The notes: generated by a model from the letters alone, not told the origin. A DNA stretch of 56,555 bases from Erysipelotrichaceae bacterium (GCA_030528085.1 JAUMZN010000001.1:1-56555); one strand, 5' to 3'. Shown: positions 1 to 10,165, counted from the first letter of the stretch. Numbers and translations are program-made.

Positions 1-468
1 AAAAAAGATCCTGTATCTATTCCAGCAATTGGATATACAGAAAAAGTTGAATCTGCAGTTTATCGTGCATACAACCCAAATAATGGTGAACACCTCTATA
101 CCGCAAATTATGATGAATTCAGAACGATCACAAATATCGGCTGGCATGATGAAGGTATTGCGTTCATGACTGAATCCGCAAAAGAAGGTCTTCCATTGTA
201 TCGTGTTTATAATCCAAATAGCGGATTACATCACTACACAATCGATGAAAACGAAAAAAATACGCTCGTTTCATTAGGATGGAAAGATGAAGATGTCACA
301 ATGTACACTTCCGCAAAACCACAATGCGCTGCAGTATTCCGTGTTTATAATCCTAATGGCGGACAACACCATTACACAAAAGATGCGAACGAAAGAAATG
401 TTTTAGTCTCTTTAGGTTGGCAAGATGAAGGAATCGCATTCCGTACTGCTGAAATTCCTACAAAATAA
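1..468 (+). CDS. 5'-truncated surface protein, C-terminal triple DUF5648-type repeat (YRxYNPNxGxHxYT...GW)
   Basis: Frame 1 is open from base 1 (KKDPVSIPAIGYTEKVESAVYRAYNPNNGEHLYT...) to TAA at 468. Three YR.YNPN..HHYT...LGW..EG repeats. Confidence 0.85.
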   Translation, partial: KKDPVSIPAIGYTEKVESAVYRAYNPNNGEHLYTANYDEFRTITNIGWHDEGIAFMTESAKEGLPLYRVYNPNSGLHHYTIDENEKNTLVSLGWKDEDVTMYTSAKPQCAAVFRVYNPNGGQHHYTKDANERNVLVSLGWQDEGIAFRTAEIPTK

Positions 469-558
469 ATCTGAATCAAAAAAAGTTTGATTTGTGATGG
501 TCTTAAAAACGCTTTAAATAAAGTGAATTAAAGAGATATCCAAACAATAAATATAAAC

Positions 559-598
559 AAACACCTGGCTGCAAGCACAAAATCAGCCAGGTGTTTTT
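559..598 (+). terminator. Intrinsic terminator
   Basis: AAACACCTGGCTG / CAGCCAGGTGTTT inverted repeat followed by T-run. Confidence 0.75.
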
Positions 599-782
599 GT
601 ATGCCATGTTTTGCAAGGCGGAAAACTGATCCGCCCTGTTTTCAATTTTGAATCGTGATTGTGCTGCGTTATTTTGTGGATCAGTTGAAAGTGTTATGAA
701 AGTCATGCAATCGAGAGATGACATTGTTATGCTAAAGGAGTGAAATTAAACGGAATATTTCTTTGAGAACAAAGAGGCTTGT

Positions 783-1277
783 ATGAAAAGACTTTATTTA
801 ATTGGCGGAACGATGGGTGTAGGAAAAACGACGGTCAGTCAATTGTTGAAAAAAGATTTGAATAATAGCGTATTTCTTGATGGAGATTGGTGTTGGGATG
901 CAAGTCCATTTCAAGTGACGGATGAGACTAAGGCGATGGTCATCAACAATATTTGTTATATGTTGAATAATTTTATTCATTGTTCTGCGTATGAAAATAT
1001 TATTTTTTGTTGGGTCATGCACGAGCAATCGATTATTGATCAAGTGATCAATGGTTTGGATCTAGAACAATGCGATGTGAAAACAATCTCGTTAATGGTC
1101 GATGAAACAGAGTTGTTGAATCGTCTAAAAGCAGATGTGGCAAATGGAGTCCGTAGTGTGGATGTCATTGAGCGCAGCGTGTCAAGAATTGCGATGTATC
1201 GAAATTTAGATACGATCAAAATTGATACAACCAATAAAACTGTCAGAGAAATTGCCGATGAAATTATGACGCTTTAA
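783..1277 (+). CDS. Small P-loop NTPase, nucleotide/gluconate-kinase-like (AAA_18/AAA_33 type)
   Basis: N-terminal Walker A GGTMGVGKTT, LDGD motif, C-terminal IDTT typical of NMP/shikimate-kinase fold. Confidence 0.75.
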   Translation: MKRLYLIGGTMGVGKTTVSQLLKKDLNNSVFLDGDWCWDASPFQVTDETKAMVINNICYMLNNFIHCSAYENIIFCWVMHEQSIIDQVINGLDLEQCDVKTISLMVDETELLNRLKADVANGVRSVDVIERSVSRIAMYRNLDTIKIDTTNKTVREIADEIMTL

Positions 1278-1345
1278 TCATTCTCATTCAATAAAGAATT
1301 AGAACCTCGAAAGAAAGTGTTGCGATCGATAAGGAGCAAGGAATT

Positions 1346-4300
1346 ATGTTACACAATGGCCTTTATGAACAAGTGATCAATCATGAACTAAAAAACGAGC
1401 TAGCGGATATTCCACAAGCCCGTAAAGCTATTGCGCCGATCGATCAAGCAGAAGCTTCTAAAGTTCTTTCGCAATATTTGGCAGATGTCGTCAAGATCGG
1501 CTTAGATCATGTTTTGGATCAAGGCGGCGATATTTCTGCGCAAATCGCTTTGACTAATCAAATTGTCGATCTCATTCAAAATACGACAAAAGAAGCTGAC
1601 TTTGCGGCAATGAATGTGGATCAACAAGCAGAACAGTTATTTGCGCTTTTAAGTCAAAGTGATCCTCGTTTAGCAATCGGCAAAACGGCATCAGATTTAA
1701 GCAGACCCGAGACTTCGATTGCGCAAAGTTCTTTGTTTACTGGCGCAGTTCATGAGCCGCAAATGTATAGCGAACTGAAAAAAGAGATTGCTTCTGCGGA
1801 TCGCATCGATATGTTGGTTTCGTTTATTAAGTGGAGTGGTTTGCGCTTGTTGATGGATGAACTGCGCGAATTTACACAAAATGGTGGCCAGTTGCGCATT
1901 ATTACAACGTCTTATATGGGCGCAACGGATGCTAAAGCAATCGAAGAGTTAAGCAAGCTAGCCAATACAGAAATTAAAGTCAGCTATGATACAAAACGCA
2001 CGCGCCTGCATGCTAAGACGTATGTGTTTTATCGCGATACTGGTTTTACAACAGCTTATGTTGGCTCGTCCAATCTTTCGAATGCCGCAATTTCAAGCGG
2101 CTTGGAATGGAACGTTAAAGTAACGAAGACAGATCTTCCAGAAACGATCGATAAGATTGCCGCAACGTTTGAAAGTTATTGGAACTCGAATGAGTTTGAA
2201 TCTTATTTTGAAGATCAAAAAGAACGTCTTGCCCGTGCTTTGCATGCGGAAAAGTATTTTGGCACAAACGATGCAGCGCTCTATACGATGGACATTACGC
2301 CTTATTCTTATCAACAAGAAATTTTGGATCAGTTAGAGGCAGAACGCACAGTGCGGGGCAATATGCGCAATTTACTTGTTGCGGCAACAGGTACAGGGAA
2401 AACGGTCATTTCGGCATTGGACTATAAAAGATTTCGCAAACAAAATCCTAACAAGCCTTGCCGCTTGCTTTTTGTCGCGCAAAGGGAAGAAATCCTCAAA
2501 CAGAGCATGTATACGTTTCGTGCGGTATTAAAAGATGCCAATTTTGGCGAAATGTTCGTTGGCAATTACAAGCCAGAATGTATCGACTATTTGTTTATGT
2601 CGATTCAAACGCTGAATTCACAAGATTTTACATCAAAAACGACAGCGGATTTTTATGATTACATCATTGTCGATGAATTCCACCATGCGGCAGCGCCTTC
2701 TTATCAAAAGCTGTTGTCTTATTATCAACCAAGCATTTTATTAGGCTTGACGGCAACTCCTGAGCGTATGGATGGCAAAAGCATTTTACCTTATTTCAAC
2801 AATCGAATTGCGGCGGAGATCAGATTGCCAGAAGCGATTGATCGCAAATTATTATGTCCATTCCAATATTTTGGCGTGACCGATACGATCGATTTAGATT
2901 CGTTGAAATGGAGCGCAGGTGGTTATGATCGCGCTGAACTTTCTAATGTATATACGCAAAGCGGCGCCATGGCAAACCGGCGTGCGGATCTTGTTGTTTC
3001 AGCACTTTTGAAATACGTGACAGATATTGATGAAGTCAAAGGATTAGGATTTTGCGTTTCAATTGAACATGCCAAATTTATGTGTGGCTATTTCAACGAA
3101 CACCATATTCCGTCAATCTATTTAACGGGTAAATCGCCAGAACAAGAAAGAAATAGTGCGAAGAAACGTTTAGTCGATGGCGAAGTGCGCTTTATTTTCG
3201 TTGTCGATTTGTATAACGAAGGAGTCGATATTCCTGAAGTCAACACGGTGCTGTTTTTGCGTCCAACTGAATCATTAACGGTATTTTTACAGCAGTTAGG
3301 ACGTGGTTTACGTTTAGCGGAAGATAAAGAATGTTTAACTGTTCTCGATTTTATTGGCCAAGCGAATAAAAAATATAATTTTGAAGATAAGTTTGCGGCA
3401 CTGCTTTCCAATACGAGCCGCAGTGTGAGCCGTGAAATCAAAGAAGGATTTGTTTCGGTTCCAAAAGGCTGTTATATCCAACTCGAGAAAAAAGCGTCTA
3501 AATATATTTTGGATAATATTCGCGCTTCTTATGGCAATACCGCTGGATTAGTCATGCGTATCGCTAGCTTTAAAGAGGATACCGACTTAAAACTCACACT
3601 TGCTAATTTTCTGAATTATTATCACTTAGATCTACGAACGATTTATAAGTTTTCTAGCTTTTCGCGTTTATGTGCAAGAGCTGAAGTGATTGATAATTTT
3701 GAAGAACCTTTAGAAACGATCATGACGAAAGCATTTGCGCGCTTTGCGATTATCGATTCGCGCCGCTGGATCTCGTTTTTATTGGATATTTTGCCGCAAT
3801 TAAAAACGATCGATTGTATGAAGTTTAAAGATGAACAAAAGCGAATGATGCAGATGTTTTATGTCACGATTTGGGGTAAAGCCATTGAGGATTGGCAAGA
3901 TCAAGAAGTAATCCATCATCTTCATGAACTTGCCGACTGCAAAGTTTTATTAGATGAACTGATTAGTTTGTTGGAATATCGCTATGGACAAATCGACTTT
4001 ATCGATGAGCGCGTTGAGTTAGGATTTGATTGTCCACTTGATTTGCATTGCACGTATACGCGCAATCAATTATTAGTCGCAATGGACTTTTTAAAACCGG
4101 CAACGGTTCGTGAAGGGGTCAAATGGTTGCCTAAACAAAAATTGGATGTATTTTTTGTGACTTTGAATAAATCGGATAAAGATTATTCGCCAACGACGAT
4201 GTATAACGACTATTCGATTAACGAAAGTTTATTCCATTGGCAAAGCCAAAGTACAACGGCAGAAAATTCACCTACCGGCCAGCGCTATATCCATCATCAA

Positions 4301-4501
4301 GAGCGCGACAGCAAAGTTCTTTTATTCGTCCGTGAATTTAAAACAGATCGCATCAGTGGTGGAGCTGAAGCTTACACGTATTTAGGTCTTGCTAATTATG
4401 TTAAACATCAAGGCTCGAAGCCGATGAATATTACTTGGCAATTAGAGCGACCAATTCCCGCCAAGTTTTTAAAGAAAACTAATAAGTTAATGGTTGGCTA
4501 G
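1346..4501 (+). CDS. PLD nuclease - SF2 helicase - DUF3427 protein, SauUSI-like type IV (modification-dependent) restriction enzyme
   Basis: RLHAKTY...GSSNLS (PLD HxK/GSxN), AATGTGKT (Walker A), DEFHH, TAT, QQLGRGLR, and C-terminal YNDY..FHWQSQS..LLFVR (DUF3427). SD AAGGAG upstream. Confidence 0.8.
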   Translation: MLHNGLYEQVINHELKNELADIPQARKAIAPIDQAEASKVLSQYLADVVKIGLDHVLDQGGDISAQIALTNQIVDLIQNTTKEADFAAMNVDQQAEQLFALLSQSDPRLAIGKTASDLSRPETSIAQSSLFTGAVHEPQMYSELKKEIASADRIDMLVSFIKWSGLRLLMDELREFTQNGGQLRIITTSYMGATDAKAIEELSKLANTEIKVSYDTKRTRLHAKTYVFYRDTGFTTAYVGSSNLSNAAISSGLEWNVKVTKTDLPETIDKIAATFESYWNSNEFESYFEDQKERLARALHAEKYFGTNDAALYTMDITPYSYQQEILDQLEAERTVRGNMRNLLVAATGTGKTVISALDYKRFRKQNPNKPCRLLFVAQREEILKQSMYTFRAVLKDANFGEMFVGNYKPECIDYLFMSIQTLNSQDFTSKTTADFYDYIIVDEFHHAAAPSYQKLLSYYQPSILLGLTATPERMDGKSILPYFNNRIAAEIRLPEAIDRKLLCPFQYFGVTDTIDLDSLKWSAGGYDRAELSNVYTQSGAMANRRADLVVSALLKYVTDIDEVKGLGFCVSIEHAKFMCGYFNEHHIPSIYLTGKSPEQERNSAKKRLVDGEVRFIFVVDLYNEGVDIPEVNTVLFLRPTESLTVFLQQLGRGLRLAEDKECLTVLDFIGQANKKYNFEDKFAALLSNTSRSVSREIKEGFVSVPKGCYIQLEKKASKYILDNIRASYGNTAGLVMRIASFKEDTDLKLTLANFLNYYHLDLRTIYKFSSFSRLCARAEVIDNFEEPLETIMTKAFARFAIIDSRRWISFLLDILPQLKTIDCMKFKDEQKRMMQMFYVTIWGKAIEDWQDQEVIHHLHELADCKVLLDELISLLEYRYGQIDFIDERVELGFDCPLDLHCTYTRNQLLVAMDFLKPATVREGVKWLPKQKLDVFFVTLNKSDKDYSPTTMYNDYSINESLFHWQSQSTTAENSPTGQRYIHHQERDSKVLLFVREFKTDRISGGAEAYTYLGLANYVKHQGSKPMNITWQLERPIPAKFLKKTNKLMVG

Positions 4502-4549
4502 AGTTTGATTCTCATTTTTAAATGGAAAAGAAACGTTTATACAATTTTG

Positions 4550-4588
4550 ACACTTGGTTAAATCTTCTATGATTTGCCAAGTGTTTTT
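4550..4588 (+). terminator. Probable intrinsic terminator
   Basis: ACACTTGG...CCAAGTGT followed by TTTT. Confidence 0.55.
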
Positions 4589-4608
4589 CTATGTTGAGGA
4601 TCGCATAC

Positions 4609-4632
4609 AAAAAGGACTGCGCTTGCAGTCCT
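4609..4632 (-). terminator. Terminator of the hemolysin-III gene
   Basis: AGGACTGC-gctt-GCAGTCCT with an A-run on the left (T-run on the minus strand). Confidence 0.7.
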
Positions 4633-4659
4633 GAAGTTTTTAAATTCAATGATGTCATA

Positions 4660-5337
4660 TTAGATATAAAGCAGAATGCCCCAAAGGAAAATTAAGGAAG
4701 CAGCCGCAATCATTAAATGCCAAATGAAATGACAATACGGTTTCTTTTTCGAATAGAAGATGGCACCGATTGTGTAACATAAACCACCTGCTAATAAATA
4801 AAAGACGAAATTCCATCCTGTTTGCCCAATGATAATCGGTAAAACAAGAACCGCTAACCAACCCATGGACATATAGAGGACCATGGAAATCGCAGGATGA
4901 GAATATTTAGAAATACTTTTAAGCAGGATTCCGACGATGGCAAGCAACCATTCAACAGCTAAAACGATTTTCAACATGTAATGATCGACAATCCCTAAAC
5001 AAATTGGGGTATATGTTCCTGCAATCGCTAAAACAATGGAGATATGATCGAGCTTACGGAACACGAGTTTCCACTTTGTGTCATAAGGCATGATGTGATA
5101 AAGGCAGCTGCCGCCAAACATAGCGACCATACAAATGCCATAAATCCCCATGCCAACTACGCCAATCCAACCATCTTGCAAGTAGCCATAGACGGAAAGA
5201 AAGGGCAGGGCAAATAGATAAAGAAACATCATGACGCCATGACTCACTGCATTGCCGACTTCTTCATGAAAAGTTAAATGATACGTGTTTTTCATCAACT
5301 GTGGTTGATGTGATGATTGATGAATTGTCTTTTCCAT
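4660..5337 (-). CDS. Hemolysin III / PAQR family membrane protein
   Basis: EE..NAVSHG, SCLYH, RKLDH..I..AIAGTYTP and HFIWH motifs; about 7 hydrophobic segments. Confidence 0.9.
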   Translation of the reverse strand: MEKTIHQSSHQPQLMKNTYHLTFHEEVGNAVSHGVMMFLYLFALPFLSVYGYLQDGWIGVVGMGIYGICMVAMFGGSCLYHIMPYDTKWKLVFRKLDHISIVLAIAGTYTPICLGIVDHYMLKIVLAVEWLLAIVGILLKSISKYSHPAISMVLYMSMGWLAVLVLPIIIGQTGWNFVFYLLAGGLCYTIGAIFYSKKKPYCHFIWHLMIAAASLIFLWGILLYI

Positions 5338-5770
5338 ACAAATCCTTCTTTCTAGTATTTATTATAATGACATCTAGTTATTAAAACTAGATATATGACT
5401 AAGAATGATCAATTCACATGAAGTATAGAACTTTGCATCATCTCTATCATGACACGATCAGCTAAGAGTGGAAATTAAGATGCTAAATAAATCGTGATGA
5501 TTGAGTAATCTCTATAAAAATAGAAAAGTTTAGTACATCTTTGATTGGAAAATAACGAAAGATTGATGCTCGACATTCAGAAATTGGAAACGATCTAAAC
5601 TGAGTGATCCATCGTTTTCAAATCAAATTTGGCAAATAAGCATCAACGTGAGAAAATAACAAAACGAATCCAAAAAAAACGAGGATTTCTTCCATGCCCA
5701 TTTATATTCAATATGAGCAGGGAAAGAACTGTTTGTGGATTTGATAACAGAACAGAAAGGAAGAGCCTGG

Positions 5771-8707
5771 ATGTTTTTAAAACGAATTGAACTATCCGGA
5801 TTTAAAAGTTTTGCGAATAAAACTGTGATTCAATTTGATCAGCCATTAACCGGGATTGTCGGTCCAAATGGTTGCGGTAAGAGTAATATCACAGATGCGA
5901 TCCGTTGGGTATTAGGGGAACAATCCGCAAAAGCATTACGATCCGGCCAATCTTTAGGAGATATTATCTTTGCGGGATCAGAGTCGAAAAAAGCCGTCAA
6001 TATGGCAAAGGCAACACTCGTCTTTGATAATACGCAAAAAATATTTGATTCACCTTATGACGAAATTGAAATCACGAGACAAATTTCGCGGGGAGCTTCA
6101 GAAATCTCCAACTATATTAATAAAACGCCATGCCGTTTGAAGGATATCCAAGACTTAGTCATGGATACCGGTCTTGGCCGCGATTCATTATCGATTATTT
6201 CGCAAGGAAACATTTCTTCTTTTGCGGATGCCAAACCAGAAGATCGCCGCTTGTTGTTTGAAGAAGCAGCAGGGGTTGCTAAGTATAAAAAACGCAAAAA
6301 GGTGTCGCTTGCCAAGTTGGAAAATGTCAAAAACAACTTAGATCGCGTTCAAGATTTAATTGATACGCATAAAGAGCAAGTCGATGTTTTAGAAGATCAA
6401 GCAAAAGATGCCTTGAAATATATTGAAGCCAAAGAAGAACTCGCTTCGATTGAAATTTCCGTTTTAGCGATTCGCATTGGCGAATTGAAAGAGCAAGAAC
6501 TTTCGATTCGCAAAGATCTTGATCAATTGAAATATCAACTCGTCCAACAAGAGGCATCGAGCCAAAAAGCAGATGATGAATTAGAAACATTATCGAAACG
6601 CATTTTGGAACTCGATGGTCAATTAGCAAGAATGCAGCGCGAAAAATCGCAATGCATGGAAGAGTCGATGCAGCTGCAAAAACAAAAAGCAATTTTAGAT
6701 GAACGCCGTAAAAACTTGTTGTCGAGTGAAGATGAACAAGCAAGACGCCAATCTTTAATTGAACTATTTGGCGAAGCAAAGTTCGAATATGAAGATCGCC
6801 GCAATCGTTTAAATCAAGCAATCGTCTCTTTACAGGGAAAAGAATCCCAACAAACTAAAGCGCGCAATGAATTACTCGGCTATGAAAGTCGTCGACAATT
6901 GCTGCAAAGTGAATTGCATCATTTAGAAAATGAATTAGCCGGGATCGAATCACGAATTGCCCATCCACCTTATCGCAACCATGGTGTGCAAGCAGTGATG
7001 AAAAACCAAGATCGACTTGCCGGTATTCATGGTTTAGTCAGCGAACTATTAGAATGCGATGATGAATATTTATCCGCGATCACGACAGCGTTATCGAGCG
7101 CATCAGAACAAATCGTTGTCGATAACGAAGGATGTGCTAGAGCAGCAATTAACTGGTTAAAACGTTCGCAAAGCGGCCGCGCAACCTTCTTGCCGCTTAG
7201 CGTTTGTAAAGCAAGAACACTAGCCGATTGGCAACAACAAATCGCGAAACAAGCACCAGGGATTTTAGGGTTGGCAAGTGATTTTGTGCGCTGCCTCGAT
7301 GTGTATGAGCCATTAAAAATGCGCTTATTAGGTTCGATTTTAGTCGCCCGCGATTTGGAATGCGCTAACGATGCCGCAAGAAAACTCAAACAAAGCGTCA
7401 AAATCGTTACCCTTGGCGGCGATGTCGTTCATGCCGGTGGGGCAATGACAGGTGGTTCGCAACGCCAGCAATCGAATCCAATTCCTGCTTTGAAAAAAGA
7501 AAAAGCTCGCTTAGAAGAAGCGATCCAACAAAAACAATATGACTTGCAAGATATGCAAGAAAAGATCGGACTTTTGACACGCCAAGTCGAACAATTGACC
7601 AATGAAGTGATGCAAAGCCGTATTGAAAAAGAAAAACTCGATAACTTTGTCCAAGTTAAACGCGAAAAATATCAAAGCTTGCAAGTGCAGATTTCGCAAC
7701 TTGAATTATCCGCAAAAGAAAATGAAGAAACGCGAAATCAAGCCAATGCTCAAAATGGCTTAATTGCCAGATTGTCCCAACTCCATCAGCGCATGGATGA
7801 AATTGAAGGCGAAATCACGCGTTTAAGTGCGCAAAAACAACAATGTTCAACGCGCAATAGTGAATTGAGCGACATTTTGCGTACAAGTCGCCGCGAACAA
7901 AATGCATTAAACAGCACGATTCAACAAAAAGAATTAGAACTTGCCCGCATTGAAACGCGCTTAGAACAAAATCTAACCCGTTTGTCGGCAGATTATGCAT
8001 TAACGTATGAAGCAGCTTTAGAACAGAAAAAAGAAGTCGATGTGCAAGCAGCGGATAGCCGCATTAAAACGCTGCGCAAAACGATTTCTTCTTTAGGTAA
8101 TGTCAATTTAGCAGCGCCAGATCAATTAAAAGAAATTAAAGAAAAATATGACTTTTTAGTCGGTCAAAAAGAAGAGCTCGAACAAGCAAGCAAACAAATT
8201 CTCGATGCCGTCGATGAAATGGATCAGACAATGACGGTGCAATTTGAAGAGATGTTTAATCGGATCAACGATTGTTTAGATGAAGTATTTAAAGCGATGT
8301 TTGGCGGGGGTAAAGCAAAACTCGTTTTATGCGATCCAAACGATTTATTGAATACCGGAGTCGATGTCGATGTGCAGCCGCCAGGAAAAGCCGTCAAAAA
8401 CTTGTCGACTTTCTCAGGGGGAGAAAAAGCATTAATTGCGATATCTGTACTGTTTGCTATATTAAAAGCAAGAACAGTTCCTCTATGCATTTTTGATGAA
8501 GTCGAGGCGGCGCTTGACCAAGCAAACGTTGAACGCTTTGCTAAATATCTATCGAATTTTAAAGATCAATCCCAATTTATTACCGTTACGCATCGTCCAG
8601 GAACGATGGAACAATGCGATACGTTATATGGTGTGACGATGCAACAAGATGGGGTTAGCCAAGTTTTGAAAGTCATGCTCAAAGATGCAGCAGAAATGAG
8701 TAAGTAG
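5771..8707 (+). CDS. smc: Chromosome segregation ATPase SMC (short, ~978 aa)
   Basis: MFLKRIELSGFKSF, GPNGCGKSN, hinge GRATFLPL/GGAMTGG, FSGGE signature, DEVEAALD. ATG 5771 follows an AGAAAGGAAG SD. Confidence 0.95.
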   Translation: MFLKRIELSGFKSFANKTVIQFDQPLTGIVGPNGCGKSNITDAIRWVLGEQSAKALRSGQSLGDIIFAGSESKKAVNMAKATLVFDNTQKIFDSPYDEIEITRQISRGASEISNYINKTPCRLKDIQDLVMDTGLGRDSLSIISQGNISSFADAKPEDRRLLFEEAAGVAKYKKRKKVSLAKLENVKNNLDRVQDLIDTHKEQVDVLEDQAKDALKYIEAKEELASIEISVLAIRIGELKEQELSIRKDLDQLKYQLVQQEASSQKADDELETLSKRILELDGQLARMQREKSQCMEESMQLQKQKAILDERRKNLLSSEDEQARRQSLIELFGEAKFEYEDRRNRLNQAIVSLQGKESQQTKARNELLGYESRRQLLQSELHHLENELAGIESRIAHPPYRNHGVQAVMKNQDRLAGIHGLVSELLECDDEYLSAITTALSSASEQIVVDNEGCARAAINWLKRSQSGRATFLPLSVCKARTLADWQQQIAKQAPGILGLASDFVRCLDVYEPLKMRLLGSILVARDLECANDAARKLKQSVKIVTLGGDVVHAGGAMTGGSQRQQSNPIPALKKEKARLEEAIQQKQYDLQDMQEKIGLLTRQVEQLTNEVMQSRIEKEKLDNFVQVKREKYQSLQVQISQLELSAKENEETRNQANAQNGLIARLSQLHQRMDEIEGEITRLSAQKQQCSTRNSELSDILRTSRREQNALNSTIQQKELELARIETRLEQNLTRLSADYALTYEAALEQKKEVDVQAADSRIKTLRKTISSLGNVNLAAPDQLKEIKEKYDFLVGQKEELEQASKQILDAVDEMDQTMTVQFEEMFNRINDCLDEVFKAMFGGGKAKLVLCDPNDLLNTGVDVDVQPPGKAVKNLSTFSGGEKALIAISVLFAILKARTVPLCIFDEVEAALDQANVERFAKYLSNFKDQSQFITVTHRPGTMEQCDTLYGVTMQQDGVSQVLKVMLKDAAEMSK

Positions 8708-8717
8708 GTGAATAAAT

Positions 8718-9680
8718 ATGGCTTTTTTTGAAAAGATAAAACAGAAATTTGTTCGTTCGCAAGATAAAGATAAATATTTATCCGGACTTTCCAAAAGCCG
8801 CAAAAGTTTTGGAGACCGCATTCGTGCGCTGTCCAATTCTTTCCATGGCGTAACGGATGAATTATTAGAAGAAATCATGATCATTCTTCTCGAAAGCGAT
8901 ATGGGCATTCATACTGCCCAAAAAGTCGTTGAACTTTTTGAAGAACGATCCAAAGAAATCAAAAACTACGATTCGATGGAAGATTACTTAATCTCGATTC
9001 TTTATGATTTCTACGATCCAGCAAAAGATGAAGATTGGTCTTTGCAAGAAGATGGTCCAACAGTCATCATGATGGTCGGCGTCAATGGTTCTGGCAAAAC
9101 GACAACAACCGCAAAATTAATCAACTATTTCCAAGAACAAGGCAAAAAACCAGTCGTTGCGGCAGCTGATACATTCCGTGCCGGGGCAGTGGATCAAATT
9201 GAAATTTGGGCGGATCGTTTAAATGCGCCATGTGTTGCGGGAAAAGAAAAACAAGATCCAGCTAGCGTGATTGTCGATGGCTGCAAATATGCGAAAGAAC
9301 ACGACATGGATGTCTTGATTTGCGATACAGCAGGACGTCTGCAAAATAAGACCAACTTAATGCGCGAATTAGAAAAAATGAGCCGTGTCGCTGGCAAACA
9401 AATCGAAGGTGCACCTCATGAAACTTGGCTCGTACTCGATGCGACAACTGGTCAAAACGGAATTAGCCAAGCAAAAGAATTTATGGAAGTTACGCCAGTA
9501 TCGGGCATTATTTTGACGAAGATGGACGGAACCGCAAAAGGTGGTGTCGTTTTAGCGATTCGTGATCAATTAGGATTGCCAGTGCGCTTTTTAGGACTTG
9601 GTGAAAAACCAGCTGACTTGCGTCCATTTGATTTATCGACTTATTTAATTGGCATCACAAAAGGTTTGGAAGAAGAATGA
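8718..9680 (+). CDS. ftsY: SRP receptor GTPase FtsY
   Basis: GVNGSGKTTT, DTFRAGA, DTAGR, TKMDGTAKGG. Confidence 0.97.
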   Translation: MAFFEKIKQKFVRSQDKDKYLSGLSKSRKSFGDRIRALSNSFHGVTDELLEEIMIILLESDMGIHTAQKVVELFEERSKEIKNYDSMEDYLISILYDFYDPAKDEDWSLQEDGPTVIMMVGVNGSGKTTTTAKLINYFQEQGKKPVVAAADTFRAGAVDQIEIWADRLNAPCVAGKEKQDPASVIVDGCKYAKEHDMDVLICDTAGRLQNKTNLMRELEKMSRVAGKQIEGAPHETWLVLDATTGQNGISQAKEFMEVTPVSGIILTKMDGTAKGGVVLAIRDQLGLPVRFLGLGEKPADLRPFDLSTYLIGITKGLEEE

Positions 9681-9967
9681 TTTCGCATATTCAAGCCAAC
9701 TTGTTGCTCGATCAATACGAAGCGTTTTTATCCCCACGCCAACAAGAAGTATTAGAACTTTACTTTCAAGAAGATCTTTCTTTAAAAGAAATTCAAGAAA
9801 ATCTAAATATTTCAAAAGCGGCAGTTTACGATGCTTTAAAAAAAGGTGTAGCGATTATGGAAGATTTTGAATCCAAGCTGCATTTGATCGAAAAACAAAA
9901 TGTATTGCGCCAATTTTTAAAAGAACATCCAGAATATACAGAACAACTCGGTAGTCTATTTGATTAG
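9677..9967 (+). CDS. ylxM: YlxM-like HTH protein (UPF0122)
   Basis: LLDQY..FLS.RQ...ELYF.EDLSL.EI...ISK.AVYD; canonical position after ftsY. Confidence 0.85.
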   Translation: MISHIQANLLLDQYEAFLSPRQQEVLELYFQEDLSLKEIQENLNISKAAVYDALKKGVAIMEDFESKLHLIEKQNVLRQFLKEHPEYTEQLGSLFD

Positions 9968-9979
9968 ACTACCTTTTTT
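9950..9979 (+). terminator. Terminator overlapping the ylxM stop
   Basis: GGTAGTCTA-tttgat-TAGACTACC followed by TTTTTT. Confidence 0.8.
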
Positions 9980-10109
9980 AGTGCATTTGTTAGGATGACT
10001 ATTTGGACTAAACAAGAATTTGGATTTTGTTTTATGTTTGAAGATCCATACGAGTATGTGGTGCATTACATAAAGTAGCAGGGTAGAAATAAAGATTTTT
10101 AAAATTGTT

Positions 10110-10165
10110 TGTTAAATCAACAATTTAACAGAAAAAGGTGTATTTTGTATCTGTTCAATATTGAA
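10110..10165. promoter_or_regulatory. Two palindromic operator candidates upstream of the OYE operon
   Basis: TGTTAAAT-N5-ATTTAACA (10110-10130) and TTCAATATTGAA (10154-10165). Confidence 0.45.

Noticed and set aside
503-724. 73-aa minus-strand ORF
   Set aside because: Runs through a terminator and promoter region with no SD or motif; likely spurious, as are the many short antisense or out-of-frame ORFs inside long genes.
4660-5337. Hemolysin as a virulence factor
   Set aside because: The HlyIII/PAQR family is a ubiquitous membrane-homeostasis family.
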